NCBI RefSeq assembly: GCF_000281045.1
Contig: NW_008246105.1
Coordinates: forward strand, 343,762-407,761
Source: Saprolegnia diclina VS20
Taxonomy: Eukaryota
DNA: 64,000 nt
Direction of reading: 5' to 3'
Shown here piece by piece: positions 1-12,003 of this stretch (positions are counted from its first letter, which is position 1; each line of letters opens with the position of its first letter). Position numbers and translations under genes: made by a program. The notes below the pieces were generated by a model. That model made no database searches. It was given only the letters and a program-made list of their open reading frames with translations, and was not told where the DNA came from.

Positions 1-1
1 C

Positions 2-931
2 GATCAGTTCAAGAAGATCCACGACTTTGCGCGTGCGTACGGCAGCCTGTGCTGGAACCTCTCCAAGGTCATCCCGCTCAAGGATCTCCCGCGCATCTAC
101 ACCATGTGTATCCCCGTCAAGGACTCGCAGACGGGCGCGCGTACGACCGAGACCGGCCTCGGCTCGGCCCTCGACGACCTCGAGGCCTCGCGCGAAGAAG
201 TCATCAACGCCGTCATGCGCGCCCCGGAGCGCCGCGCCGACAACCTCATCACGCGCCTCTACGACAGTGCGCGCATGCTCGAGATGCATGCGACCGTACG
301 CCTCGTATCTCCTTCTTCTGATTGTCTAACGTCGTCTGTCGCCAGGTCTTTGAGGCGGTCCGTGCCCAGTACTCGCGTGAAAAATGGAGCCGCTGGTACG
401 TCGACTGCTATCGACCACAACGTTATGGGGATGTATAGGGCGGTGACGAGCTCGGCGCTCGTGGGCGGTAACGCGCTCGCGGCCTCGGCCTTTGTGAGCG
501 GCATGCCCGAAGTCGCGGCGGCGGTCTCGGTTGCATCGCTTGTGTCGGCGTCGGGCCTCTCGTGGTACAACCGCAACCACCTCTCGGACCTGGAAAAGGT
601 ATGTTTCGATAGTGGACGATCCTCGTCCAATATTGAAATACTGTAGGACTTGCTGAGCGAAGAGGGCTTGACGCACCACTTCCGGCGCATTTACGGTCGC
701 CAGCTTGCGGAGAAGGACGAATTTGTGTTTTCGATTTGGCGCCGCGTGCTGCCGAGCCTTCAAGTCGCACTGGCGACGCTCGGGTTCCAGAACCTCCCCA
801 AGGTCAAGGCCAACGACATCCACGAGCTCCAGAAGATCATTGCGCAGGACATCCCGCGCCTGCGCCGCCAGGCCGCGCCGACGGAAAACAGCGTCGCGCA
901 CCAAGTCGCAAAGCTCCTCCGTGGCTACTAG
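2..931 (+). CDS. EHD/sarcalumenin-like dynamin-superfamily GTPase, C-terminal part (5' end outside window), with hydrophobic hairpin
   Basis: Frame from nt 2 reads DQFKKIHDFARAYGSLCWNLSKVIPLKDLPRIYTM, resembling the EHD 'RVYGALMWSLGKV...RVY' segment. Short GT-AG introns (e.g. 296-345) join it to a hydrophobic exon (438-598) and a last exon ending LLRGY* at 931. Confidence 0.65.
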
Positions 932-1961
932 ATGCTAGCAACGAGATGTATATAATCCTGGAGAATTAGAGACGGTTTTGTGCGCCAGAGTGTCCCCACT
1001 GTAGTGTTGGCGTGTCGTTGAAAGAGTCCTTCAGCAGCGTAACTTGGGCATAACGATTGGTGACGTCGTGTCAAGCATACTAAATACTAGTACTAACACT
1101 CGATGCACCGCTAGCCGCATGGAGTAGGGTTGCGGGAGCGCCAAGATACGGACCGCTTGGTGTCGCGGCGAGTGTTGGCTGAGAAGCTAGATAGTGGTGT
1201 CGCTACGCCCACTCTGAAGCCTCCCGGTCGCACCGCAAGGCGAGTAGCGCCGTGGGTCGAGGCCAAGGTTGCGCGGTCTCCTTAGCGACACTTTAACAAC
1301 TTGAAAAACCCCCACCGAGCCTCCGGTGGCATCGGGCGGGTCGATGTCACCGACACCGTCTGGCGTCGACGGGACACAGCAACGGAGAGTCCGATGTGGA
1401 CGGAGTCCTTGCCACATTCCGTCTTTGAGCTCCGAAACCACGCGGTATCCGTGAGCCTTGCCGCGGGTGGTTCGCCACGCAGAAAGCAAACACGAGCCCC
1501 GGTGCCGACAAACTCCGACAGCTCCGCCCTCTTGAGCACAGTTCATACAAGCATGCCGCAGTTCGAGGCAAGTGCCTCGATGTAGCTAGCTGATGTAGCT
1601 GTAGAATGCAATACTAGTACTTGCTACACAGCGTTGCGCTGCATCATGCATGGCGCAAGATATGTACTAGCCCCAGTATGATGGATTGAGATGGCCTCGC
1701 AAAGGCGCTCCACTAGGTACAACTCCTTCGTCCCTGCACAAGGTATTGAGCACTGACGACTGTACACAGCAGTGTACGGGGTTGAAATAGGGAAAAGCGT
1801 TGCGACTCGAATGCCCAAACACACGGAGTCTGGTTGGTGTGCAGTTTATGTTAAACTTTACCACTGCAGTGCAGTGGCTATCATGAGGCGCTCACTTTCG
1901 AGCACGCCTTCCATTCTTCACCAAGCAGGTTTCAACTGCTTTGGCACTAACTTCGCGTGAT

Positions 1962-2156
1962 NNNNNNNNNNNNNNNNNNNNNNNNNNNNNNNNNNNNNNN
2001 NNNNNNNNNNNNNNNNNNNNNNNNNNNNNNNNNNNNNNNNNNNNNNNNNNNNNNNNNNNNNNNNNNNNNNNNNNNNNNNNNNNNNNNNNNNNNNNNNNNN
2101 NNNNNNNNNNNNNNNNNNNNNNNNNNNNNNNNNNNNNNNNNNNNNNNNNNNNNNNN
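1962..2156. other. Assembly gap (N run)
   Basis: Run of N. Confidence 1.
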
Positions 2157-3261
2157 ATCAGATCGCGGCTTCAAGCTTTGGCGAAATGGCGATGTTGTTG
2201 CAGGAGTACTTACGCCGTGTACAGTTGCAGTGGGTCTATGCCATGCAGTAGACTAACCTTCAAAACCAAGTCCGAGATTGTGTGAGCGTGATGTATCGTG
2301 GCTGCATCCTGGCGGAGGAGCGCGATGGCTGCGGTCCTGGCCGCGGTAGAGTGTGGCGCCGCAAACCTAACCGCTCCACTTTGCATTCTGATAATTCACC
2401 GTCGCGTGTACTCATCGTAGCCGTTGTGGGTTTCGTGTTTGGTCAATCACTTTTGCCGTTCGGACTTGAACTTGGCCCTGTTGTCGCAGGCGGAACACCC
2501 TCTTTTTGCCGCTTTCATTCGCCGCTGTTCCCTCCGGTACGGTCTTCATAGCGTGGTGTGAGAGGGGCGTGGGTGATAGCTGTGGGTGCGTTGACGATGT
2601 ACCGGATCCGTTTCCTCTTCTACGCTGGCGACGCGACCTCGCACCCAGCACGGCAAATCTGACTACGCACCAAAACAGTTGCGCCGACTGTTGCGCCGGG
2701 ACATAGAAGAACAGACGTGTAACTCATGGGCCTTGAACGGGTGCGCCAGCTGCCACTGCGCTTTCTCTTGCGCCCACGCCGCACGATCCAACAAGCGCCG
2801 CTAGACTTATGTAAGCAGCTTCCTTCGCCGAGCAATGCTGCCTTAGCACGTCTCGAGGGCTCTTTGCTCGAGAACGACTCAAGTCGCAACTCTTGCGTCC
2901 TTGTGTGGCGTCGTCCCACCATGGAACGTCTGAGCACTTGGGGTTGTGCGGTTGGGAGCTGTTGGGAACGTTCCGCAGTAATACGTGGCGCCACCACAGC
3001 CCTCAGGATCGACCATCGGGCGCCTTCTCAGATCCTAACGGGACATTGGGCAAAACGCGTCATAGAAGACGGTTTTATGTGGGTTTTATGTGGGTCAAAC
3101 CTATCATTGAGGGTTTTTCTGGGATTTAAGTGTATTTCCCATGCGACATGTCTGTGCATTCAACAAGTTACCATACTCGCCGTCGCAACACCTGGCGGCA
3201 TGGCGCACGTCTTCTTTTGCAGGCCACCCATCGTCACCGACGATCTCGGTTCACCTTCTCA

Positions 3262-3303
3262 GCTCACTGTTTTGCACTTGGAAGTGAGCTCATTCTCCCA
3301 TTG
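3262..3303 (+). promoter_or_regulatory. Two tandem oomycete initiator/FPR core-promoter-like motifs
   Basis: GCTCACTGTTTTGCACTTG (3262) and GCTCATTCTCCCATTG (3288) lie 30-70 nt upstream of ATG 3331 and match the oomycete GCTCATTY..CAWTT Inr+FPR pattern. Confidence 0.6.
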
Positions 3304-3330
3304 CCTTCGCCACGAGCAAGCAGCAGCAGC

Positions 3331-5049
3331 ATGCAGAAGGACAATCATCTCGACAAGCTCGACCTCGAAGAGCGCGTCTCGTACATCCACAGCAACACGC
3401 CGGCCGACAAGGAAACTGGCGGCAACTATGACGAGGTCAAGACGCCCGGCGAGCTCGAAGACGGCGCGCTCGTCGACGGTGGCGCGCTCAACATGTACTC
3501 GCGCGAAGCGTTTGCACTCTTTGCGCAGTACGGTGCGATCGGTATCATCTACGGCATGATCCCGTCGCTCATGTACCCGATCTTCAACAACTACCTCAAC
3601 ATGGAGGGCTACCAGACCGCATCCTACGGCGTGCTCGTGACCACGGGCTGGTCGTTCAAGGTCTTCTTTGGCATGCTCTCGGACTGTGTCCCGATCTTTG
3701 GCTACCGCCGCAAGAGCTGGATGATCATTGGCTGGACCATCACGATGATCTGCTTGGCCATCATGTCGTTCGTCTCGCTCGGTGACCCGTACTGTGACGC
3801 GCGCCAGATCGACTGCTCGGAGATCACGCTCGAGGCGGCGACGCCGGACCAGCGCAAGTGGTTCAACGAAGACGCGCCGAGCAAGGGCTCGCTCTTCATC
3901 ATCCTCTCGATGCTCGTCTCGGTCGGCTACGTCGTGGCCGACTGCGCCGCCGACGCCATGGTGGTCGAGTACGCCCAGCGCGAGCCGATTGCGATCCGCG
4001 GCCGCATCCAAACCGCGATCTACACGGTGCGCACGCTCACGGGCATCCTCGCGCAGGTCGTCGTCGCCTTCTTCCTCAACGGCAAAGAGTACGGTGGTAC
4101 CTTTGACTGGGCCGTCGGCCCCAACGTCCCGTACGCGATCTGCCTCGTGCCGTGCGTCCTCGTCGTCCTCTCGACCATCTTTATCCAAGTCGAGCCCAAG
4201 ACGCGCAAGATGGCATTTGGCGAGTGGATCTCTCAGTTCTGGGAGCTCCTCCAGAAGCGCGTCATGTGGCAGATCTGCGCCTACCGCTTCATTGCCAACT
4301 CGTTCCAGGCGATTTCGGCAACGCCGGCGTCGCCCATCGCGATGAAGTGGGCCAAGGTCGAGCCGCTCAACGACTCGCTCTCGGGTGTCGTGGGCAGTCT
4401 CATTTTCTCGGGTATCCTCATTGTCGTCGGCAAGTACGGCCTCAACTGGAACTGGCGCTACACGATCGCGGCCGGTACGCTCGGTGTCATTGCCGTCGAC
4501 TCGTTCGTGACGTTCATGACGATCTGGGACGGTCTCCGCAACCAGTGGTTCTACACGGGCGTCGCGCTCGCCGACAACGTGCCGGGTGGTGTCCGCTTCA
4601 TCATCTCGACGTACTGCGCGGTGGAGATTGCTGACGTCGGCAACGAGGGCGCCACGTACGGTCTTGTGACGACGATCAACAACCTCGCGTCGCCGTTCGC
4701 GTCGGTCATCTACAAGTACATTGACTCGTACTTTGACGTGTCGCAGAAGGCCATCATGCGCGACGACGACCACGTGCGCTGGGAAGTGTCGTACTGCTTC
4801 TTCATCTCGTACAGCTGCAAGATCTTTTCGCTGTTCTGGCTCTTCATGCTCCCGCCCCAGAAGGCGCAAATGCAAGAGCTCAAGAAGCGCGGCGGCAAGA
4901 GCAAGCTCGCGGGTGCCCTCTTGATTGTCCTCTTCTTTTGTGCGATCGGCTTTTCGCTCACGAGCAACATCATGGCGATTTTCCCGTCGACCAAGTGCTA
5001 CCGCATCGCCGGCGGCAAGGGCACGGTCAACGGCACGTGCCCCAAGTAA
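3331..5049 (+). CDS. Folate-biopterin transporter (BT1/FBT family, MFS), intronless
   Basis: About 12 hydrophobic segments. Motifs WSFKVFFGMLSDCVPIFGYRRKSW, VADCAADAMVVE and GNEGATYGLVTTINNL are typical of BT1. ATG at 3331 follows an Inr-like motif. Confidence 0.9.
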   Translation: MQKDNHLDKLDLEERVSYIHSNTPADKETGGNYDEVKTPGELEDGALVDGGALNMYSREAFALFAQYGAIGIIYGMIPSLMYPIFNNYLNMEGYQTASYGVLVTTGWSFKVFFGMLSDCVPIFGYRRKSWMIIGWTITMICLAIMSFVSLGDPYCDARQIDCSEITLEAATPDQRKWFNEDAPSKGSLFIILSMLVSVGYVVADCAADAMVVEYAQREPIAIRGRIQTAIYTVRTLTGILAQVVVAFFLNGKEYGGTFDWAVGPNVPYAICLVPCVLVVLSTIFIQVEPKTRKMAFGEWISQFWELLQKRVMWQICAYRFIANSFQAISATPASPIAMKWAKVEPLNDSLSGVVGSLIFSGILIVVGKYGLNWNWRYTIAAGTLGVIAVDSFVTFMTIWDGLRNQWFYTGVALADNVPGGVRFIISTYCAVEIADVGNEGATYGLVTTINNLASPFASVIYKYIDSYFDVSQKAIMRDDDHVRWEVSYCFFISYSCKIFSLFWLFMLPPQKAQMQELKKRGGKSKLAGALLIVLFFCAIGFSLTSNIMAIFPSTKCYRIAGGKGTVNGTCPK

Positions 5050-5698
5050 ACTTTGTCCCAGTTGTGATTTAAAACCAAATGAATATGTCGTGTGCTTTTT
5101 TCCTCTGCTCGTTGCATATTGCTCGCTTGATCCAGGTCACCCGACGCTTGTTCGCACAAGGTCCTACTCTCTGAGAAGGCGCAAGGACCAACAAACGTGA
5201 TGAATCGAAACGATTTGTCATATTGACCATCGGTACATATCGTCATGCGCATTCTACGAGATATAGGGGCTGGGCTTGACCGTGACGTGGCAGCGTCAAG
5301 AGGGATCACGAGATACCGCCGGCGACACCGCCGGCCGCGAGGTCCGTGAGGAAAATGATAACCTCCAAGAAGCCGAGTTCCGTCTTGTCTTCGGACGTCG
5401 TCTTGGGAGCCGTGAGCGTAGTCGACATATTTACTGCAGTAAAAAACTAAATGGTCGCCCCCACAGCCCCCCGTGCAGACTGTCTAGCAATCGGACGACG
5501 GCTACGAGCCCGCTGCGGATTGGTCAAAATACACGTGCTTGGATTGGTTGAAAGCATTGGATTTCGACTGAATGCGCCAATGGCCTTGCAGCATGCGCCT
5601 AGAAGCAATGGTCTCTTGTCATTTGTATGAAAAGGGTCTTTTGCATAGACGCAAAACGCGACCACGTGGCAAGGATGCCACTTTGCATCTCCGCTTCC

Positions 5699-6804
5699 AT
5701 GGCCGCTGCTCCGACATCGTCGATCGCGCACCTCGCGACGTGCGTCAGTGGCATCTACGTGTGCTACCTCTCGTACGGTATCTTTCAGGAGAAGATGTAC
5801 GCCGTCTCTGCGCTCCAGTGTCTCGATGCTCATCCTGTGCTAGCTTCAAGTACCGCGATGCGGACGGCGCCAAGTTCACGGCCACGCTCTTCCTCCTCTG
5901 CGTGCAATGCATCATGAACTCGGCCGTGGCCTGCGCCGGTATGCCTTCGCTAGCATATCGCCTTCGTCGCCTCACGTCCACGGGTAGCCACGTTTGTCTG
6001 GAAGCCAACGACCAAGTCGGTGCCATTGCAGCCGTTTGCATTCTCGGCCTTTGCGTACCTCGGCGCAATGCTCTGCAGCAACGAGGCGCTCAAGCACGTG
6101 AGCTACCCGACGCAAGCGCTCGGCAAGTCGTGCAAGATGATTCCTGTCATGCTCATGGGCGTCCTCATCGGCCGCAAGAAGTATGCGCTCAAGGAATACC
6201 TCTCGGTCGGCCTCATCACGCTTGGCATTGTGGTCTTCCAGCTCGGGAAAGCGTCGTCGAAATCGGGCCAAGAGAACAGCTACTACGGCCTCGGCCTCTT
6301 GTTTGTGAGCCTCGCGCTCGACGGCGTCACGGGCCCCAACCAGGAAGCGCTCTCGGCCACATACAAGCCGTCCGTGCACCAGCAAATGCTCAACACCAAC
6401 GTGTGGGCTGTCGTCTACACAGCGATCGGGTAATACGATGCTGTCGAACTCCAGCATATCCATGTTGTCTCTCTTGTAGGTGCCTTGTGACGGGCCAAGG
6501 CGCGGACGGCTTTGCGTTTTGCATGCGGAACCCCGAGATCTACTCGGCGCTCTTCCTCTTCTCGGTCTGCAGCGCGCTCGGCCAAAACTTCATCTACTTT
6601 ACGATCCAGCGCTTCTCGGCGCTCACGTGCACGACCATCACGACGACCCGCAAGTTCTTTACCATCCTCGCCTCGGTGCTCATCTTTGGGAACGCGCTCT
6701 CGCCGCAGTCGTGGGCCGGCGTCGCGATCGTGTTTGCTGGCCTCGGTATCGAACTCACGACCAAGTACGCCAAGTACGCGGCCAAGGCCAAGCGCACCGA
6801 GTAG
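5699..6804 (+). CDS. UAA-family nucleotide-sugar transporter (SLC35B1/HUT1-like UDP-galactose transporter), 3 introns
   Basis: Motifs CVSGIYVCYLSYGIFQEK, SNEALKHVSYPTQALGKSCKMIPVM, LDGVTGPNQE and GQNFIY...TTITTTRKFFTIL. Confidence 0.9.
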
Positions 6805-6894
6805 GAAGCTTTTCTGCCTCAAAATACCTTTTACTCTGTACACCTAAATGACGTGGCGCCACCACGGCGCGTTCCTGGGCGACAAGGCGACAAC

Positions 6895-6947
6895 GCGAGC
6901 TGCGACAGACGCCATGGCGAGCTGCGACAGACGCCATGGCGAGCTGC
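6895..6947. repeat. Short tandem repeat, 22-bp unit x2.4
   Basis: GCGAGCTGCGACAGACGCCATG at 6895 and 6917, then partial GCGAGCTGC. Confidence 0.9.
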
Positions 6948-7105
6948 TGCAGAGGCCAAGGCGAGCGACCACAGAGGCCAAGGCGTGCGCGTGACGGGGC
7001 GGGTGTCACGTTGGATATCTTGGGAAAGATCGCGTTTCGCGTGAACGGTCGCCGAACAAGAGTTGCAACCGACGGCTCGTAGCCACCAGCATTTCGGAAA
7101 CGACC

Positions 7106-7669
7106 ATGAGCAGCTACCTCAAGGAAGGCGTGCTCACGAAGCGCAGCGCGAGCGCCAAGCTCATCACCAACTGGCGCAAGCGGTACTTTGCGCTCACGCC
7201 GACCGAGCTGCTCTACTTTGAGAAGAAGGACGACGCGGAGCCGGGTCGGCGGACGCCGCTCGGCCCGGACGCGTCCATCTCGCGCACCAACGACCGCGGC
7301 TACAAGCTCTGCTTTGTGGTCAAGTCGACGCCGACGGCCGAGCCGTTCTACATCCAGGCCGCGTCCGAGGTGCGTACGAAGCCACGACGTTGCAGGTCGC
7401 AGCAGCGCCCCGTAGGACGAGCTCAAGGAATGGGTCGACGCGATTGGCAAGGTCGTCGGCAAGATCGAGGACCTCGTCAACGACGGCGCGGCCAAGGAGC
7501 CCGAGGCCGCCAAGGTCGATGAAGTCGGCAAGGAAGACGTCGTCGAGGGCGGCGAGAGTACCGACGCGCCGGCAGCGTCCGGCGAAGCCACCGGTACATG
7601 CACCACCGTGAGTGTGATTCACGCAGCCTTGTAGATGGCACGCCACCGACAACCGAAGGCAGCGAGTGA
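7106..7669 (+). CDS. Small PH-domain protein with acidic tail, 2 introns
   Basis: KEGVLTKRS...NWRKRYFAL...LLYFEK...FYIQAASE|DELKEWVDAI is a canonical PH signature. Predicted last exon ends EGSE* at 7669. Confidence 0.85.
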
Positions 7670-7823
7670 AGACACGATCGTCGTCGCTTCAACCCTCATT
7701 GACCAACCTCCGCGCCTGCATATCCATAGCGCTATATATCTTGCTACACTAAGTCCAATGCCAAGGCGCGTGTCATGCAGCAATGCTTTGTAGCGTCTTA
7801 TATGGACGAGCAGGATAGTGCGC

Positions 7824-10243
7824 CTAGTTCTTCTTGGCCTTGGGCGACTCCTTCTTGGGCTCCTCGACCTCTTCGTCGCGAGCCTTGGTGCGCACGAGCT
7901 CGTCAAACATGGCGATCGTGTCGGCGACGGTCTTGGTGCCATGGATCTTGTTGTCACGCGTGCGGATGTTGACCGCGTGCTTGGCCTCTTCGTCCGCGCC
8001 GACGACGCAGATGAAGTTGTAGTGGGCCATTTGGCCCTCGCGGATCTTCTTGTTGAGCGTCTTGCTCGAGTCGTCGACGTCGACGTGGTACCCAGCGCAG
8101 AAGAGCTCTTCCTTGACGACGTGCGCATAGTCGTTGTACGCGGCGCCGACCGAGACGATGAGCACTTGGCGCGGGCTCAGCCAGAACGGGAACTTGGCGG
8201 CAAAGTGCTCGGTGATGATCGCGCAGAAGCGCTCGATCGAGCCGTAAATCGCACGGTGGATCATGACCGGGCGCGCAAACTGCTCCGAGCCGTCGGTACC
8301 GCCGTCGCTGCGGTACTTGAGGTCGAACCGGATCGGCAGCTGGAAGTCGAGCTGGACGGTCGCGCACTGGTGCTTGCGGTTGAGCGCGTCGGTCACCGTA
8401 ATGTCGATCTTGGGGCCGTAGAACGCGCCATCACCGGGGTCGACGCTCCAGTTGCCGGCGCCGATGAACGTGTCCATGGCCGACGCGAGCGCGCCCTCCG
8501 CCTTCTCCCAGAGCTCAGCCGAGCCAAGCGCCTTCTCGGGCTTGGTCGAGAGCTTGAGCTTGCAAGAGAGGCCAAAGACGTCGTACACGTCCTTCATGAA
8601 GTTGAGGTACGACAGCACTTCGGTCGTGATCTGGTCTTCGCGGCAGAAGATGTGCGCATCGTCCTGCTGGAAGCGACGCACGCGCGTGAGGCCCGTGAGC
8701 GCACCCGAGAGCTCGTTGCGGTGGAGCACGCCGCAGTCGGCGAGACGCAGCGGCAGCTCGCGATACGACCGCAAGCGGTGGTCAAACATGAGGCAGTGCG
8801 ACGGGCAGTTCATCGGCTTCATCGCAAACTCCTGGCCTTCGACGTTGAAGACAAACATGTTGTCCTTGTAGTGCTGCGCATGGCCCGACGTGTGCCAGAG
8901 GTCCATGTTGAAGACGTTGGGCGTGATGACCTCGTGGTACCCGCGCTTGCGGTACTCGGACCGAATGTACTCGAGGAGCTTCATGTAGATGCGCGCACCG
9001 TGCGGCAGCCAAAAGCAGCAGCCCGGCGAGAGCTGGTGGAAGAAGTAGAGCTCTTCTTGGAGACCGAGCTTGCGGTGGTCGCGCTTGGCGGCTTCCTCTT
9101 GAAAGTGCTTCCACTCCTTCATCTGCTTGGTGTCGGGAAAGCTGATGCCGTACACGCGCTGGAGCGTATCGTTGGTCGTCTTGCCGAGCCAGTACGTGCT
9201 CGACGTGCGCGTGACCGCAAACGCCTTGATCTTGCCCGTGTGCGGCACGTGCGGGCCGCGGCAGAGATCGATGAGCGGGCCACAGCGGTACGCCGTCGTG
9301 CGGCCGCCGTCCGGGATCTTGGTCGAAATGATCTGCGTCTTGAAGATGTTGTCGGCAAACATCTCGAGCGCCTCTTCCTTGGTCAAGACGATGCGCTCAA
9401 AGGCCTGCTTCTCCTTGACGACGGCCGTCGCGCGCTTCTCAATGTCCTTGAGCTCGCCTTCCGCGATCGTGCTAGCAAGGAAGAATGAGACATGGGAGTG
9501 AGGAAGGGGAGATGATGACATACTTTTCGCCCATGTACGAGTCGTAGTAGAACCCGCCCTCGACCGGGGGGCCGATCGTCAAGTGGCAGCCCTTCATGAG
9601 CTCGAGGCCCTCGCCGAGGATGTGCGCGCTCGAGTGCCAAAAGACCATGCGGCCTTCTTCGTCCTCAAACTTGAGGAGCTGGAGCTTGCAGTCGCCAATC
9701 AACGGGCGGAAGACGTCCCAGAGTTCTTCCTTCAGATCGCCACCCGAGCAGCAGCACGAGTCGGCGCTCTGGCTTTCGTTGCCATCGACATCGGCGGCCG
9801 TGACCTTGAGCGGGTCATTGGGGCTGCCAGCGTACTTGACCTTGGCCACGACGACCGAGTCGGCCAAGCCCTGCGAGATGCCCTTGGCAATGTCCAACGG
9901 CGTCGTTTCCCAGCTCACGCCTTCCTTGACCGTACCGTCGGGCAACGTGATCTTGATGGGCTTGCGCGGCTGCGCCGCAAGGAGCTCCTTCTGCGCCGCC
10001 ATGACGCGGTCGTAGACGGCAATGCGGCGCTGGATGAACGCCGGGTTGGGCTCCAGCGTGAAGGCGCCGCCAATCTTGTTGGCATCAGCCGCGATCGACG
10101 GGCCGCTGGCCTTGGTCAAGCGCGTCTGCTGGCGCTTCGGGTCCGCCTTGTCGGCGATCGTGGCTACGCATAGCCTTAGTCCATGCTCCTCCATCACGAG
10201 CAGGCGTACCTTCTTGGAGCTTGGCAGCAGCCGCGTCAGCCAT
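7824..10243 (-). CDS. TARS: Threonyl-tRNA synthetase (cytosolic type), 2 introns
   Basis: TGS domain (ITLPDG...[11 protein letters not shown]), editing domain ([19 protein letters not shown]), class II core ([46 protein letters not shown]) and anticodon domain. Start [11 protein letters not shown]. Confidence 0.97.
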
Positions 10244-11658
10244 TCCTCTGTCAGGCGAAAATGGCAAATGTCCTCGGCTTCCACGAACCCCAGTCGGACC
10301 ACAAAAATATTCTTATCCGGATACGCGCCTGGCGCTGCCGTTGTTTTTATTCGATTCGCATCCCATATATATGCATGTTTGTATGAATATAATAAAAGGG
10401 CCAGATAAAGCGACGTATTTTTATGTCCGCAAAGCCCCACGCGCCGGATAACTACTTCAAGGTCGCCAAGCGAAGATCGCGCGCCGAGTACCAACATTCA
10501 GATTCGCTTGAGACGCAGTTCGTCTTGCACGGTCCACGGCCGCAAGAAGATGCTCTCGGAACGATCTGCATCCTCAATGGATGCGGTCGCATGGCCACGC
10601 ACTGCGGGCGCATGGAAGTGCCGGTCGAGACGAGCGAGACCTTGCAGTAGGGGTGTTGACGGCAGTGAGAGGAGCCGTGATCGCGTCTGCGACTTTGGAC
10701 AAGAAAAGGCTGCAGGACGCAGATCACTTGCTCGGAACGTTCGGCGGCGCCGTTTTTGACAGAAGGACGAGTCTCGTTAACCACACTCACGTCGTGGCGA
10801 CCTCTGCAACGAGGTCGACTAGAAGTTGCCAACGTCAAGCTAAACGAGCATGGACTCGTACTCAAGTGCAGCGGTCGTGGACGCTCGCCTGTGTGGGAGT
10901 GGTAGACTGCAGCAATTGACCCACACGGCTTCAGCGCGAGATCACCAGGGGCCTTGTGCTGAAAGCGCGTACAGTACCCTAACCGCTCAGCGTTCTGTCC
11001 GTGTCGTTTGTATGGGCAAGTGTCACCACCACCGAAGTATCGCATATGGATCGATGCTACAGTCTTGTTGCTGGGTGAGCTTGGCAGTGTACAGAAGAGT
11101 CATTGTTCGAGTTTGATTTAGTTTGTCTCGCCCATCGCATCTCAAGCGTCGCCAGGTCGACCACTTTGCGCTTGAAACGAAATGGCCAAGAGCTGGCAAT
11201 TTGGTAGAGGACACTTTGGAGAGCACGGAATGCGAGGTCACATTGGCGTGCGAGGCGTACAGCGGCAGCGAGACGCGATCCAAGATGCACCCCATCTATC
11301 CGGATAAGATCGGATGCCTTCTCAGTGGCACCGCTCCAGGACGCAGACGCCACTTGTCGTGAAAATCACATTTGAAATGGATTCGCTCAAAGTTGGCACA
11401 ATGATAGAAGAGCCTTTCGGGAGCAGAGCAGGCCACACTGTGTCATCGCTTTCGTCCTATAACGTGCGCAATGCTCAACAACAGATACAAAGCGCTCTGT
11501 AAACGTTAAAAATGCAAATGACCACATTGACACGCTGTTGTCAGCATCTTCGACACTTGTCTTAGCGACGATCATGCCTTTCATTCGATAGAGAGTTCGA
11601 TTCATAGCAACATTGCCCAGAACCATCGCATCATGTGGAGCGATGGGGACGAGAGGGT

Positions 11659-12003
11659 NNNNNNNNNNNNNNNNNNNNNNNNNNNNNNNNNNNNNNNNNN
11701 NNNNNNNNNNNNNNNNNNNNNNNNNNNNNNNNNNNNNNNNNNNNNNNNNNNNNNNNNNNNNNNNNNNNNNNNNNNNNNNNNNNNNNNNNNNNNNNNNNNN
11801 NNNNNNNNNNNNNNNNNNNNNNNNNNNNNNNNNNNNNNNNNNNNNNNNNNNNNNNNNNNNNNNNNNNNNNNNNNNNNNNNNNNNNNNNNNNNNNNNNNNN
11901 NNNNNNNNNNNNNNNNNNNNNNNNNNNNNNNNNNNNNNNNNNNNNNNNNNNNNNNNNNNNNNNNNNNNNNNNNNNNNNNNNNNNNNNNNNNNNNNNNNNN
12001 NNN
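11659..12003. other. Assembly gap (N run)
   Basis: Run of N. Confidence 1.

Noticed and set aside
932..3200. Short ORFs around the first gap
   Set aside because: No codon bias or family motifs; treated as intergenic.
6895..6947. 22-bp direct repeat (and the 18-bp repeat at 59637) as a CRISPR-like or regulatory array
   Set aside because: Only two adjacent units without spacers in a eukaryote; simple slippage duplications.
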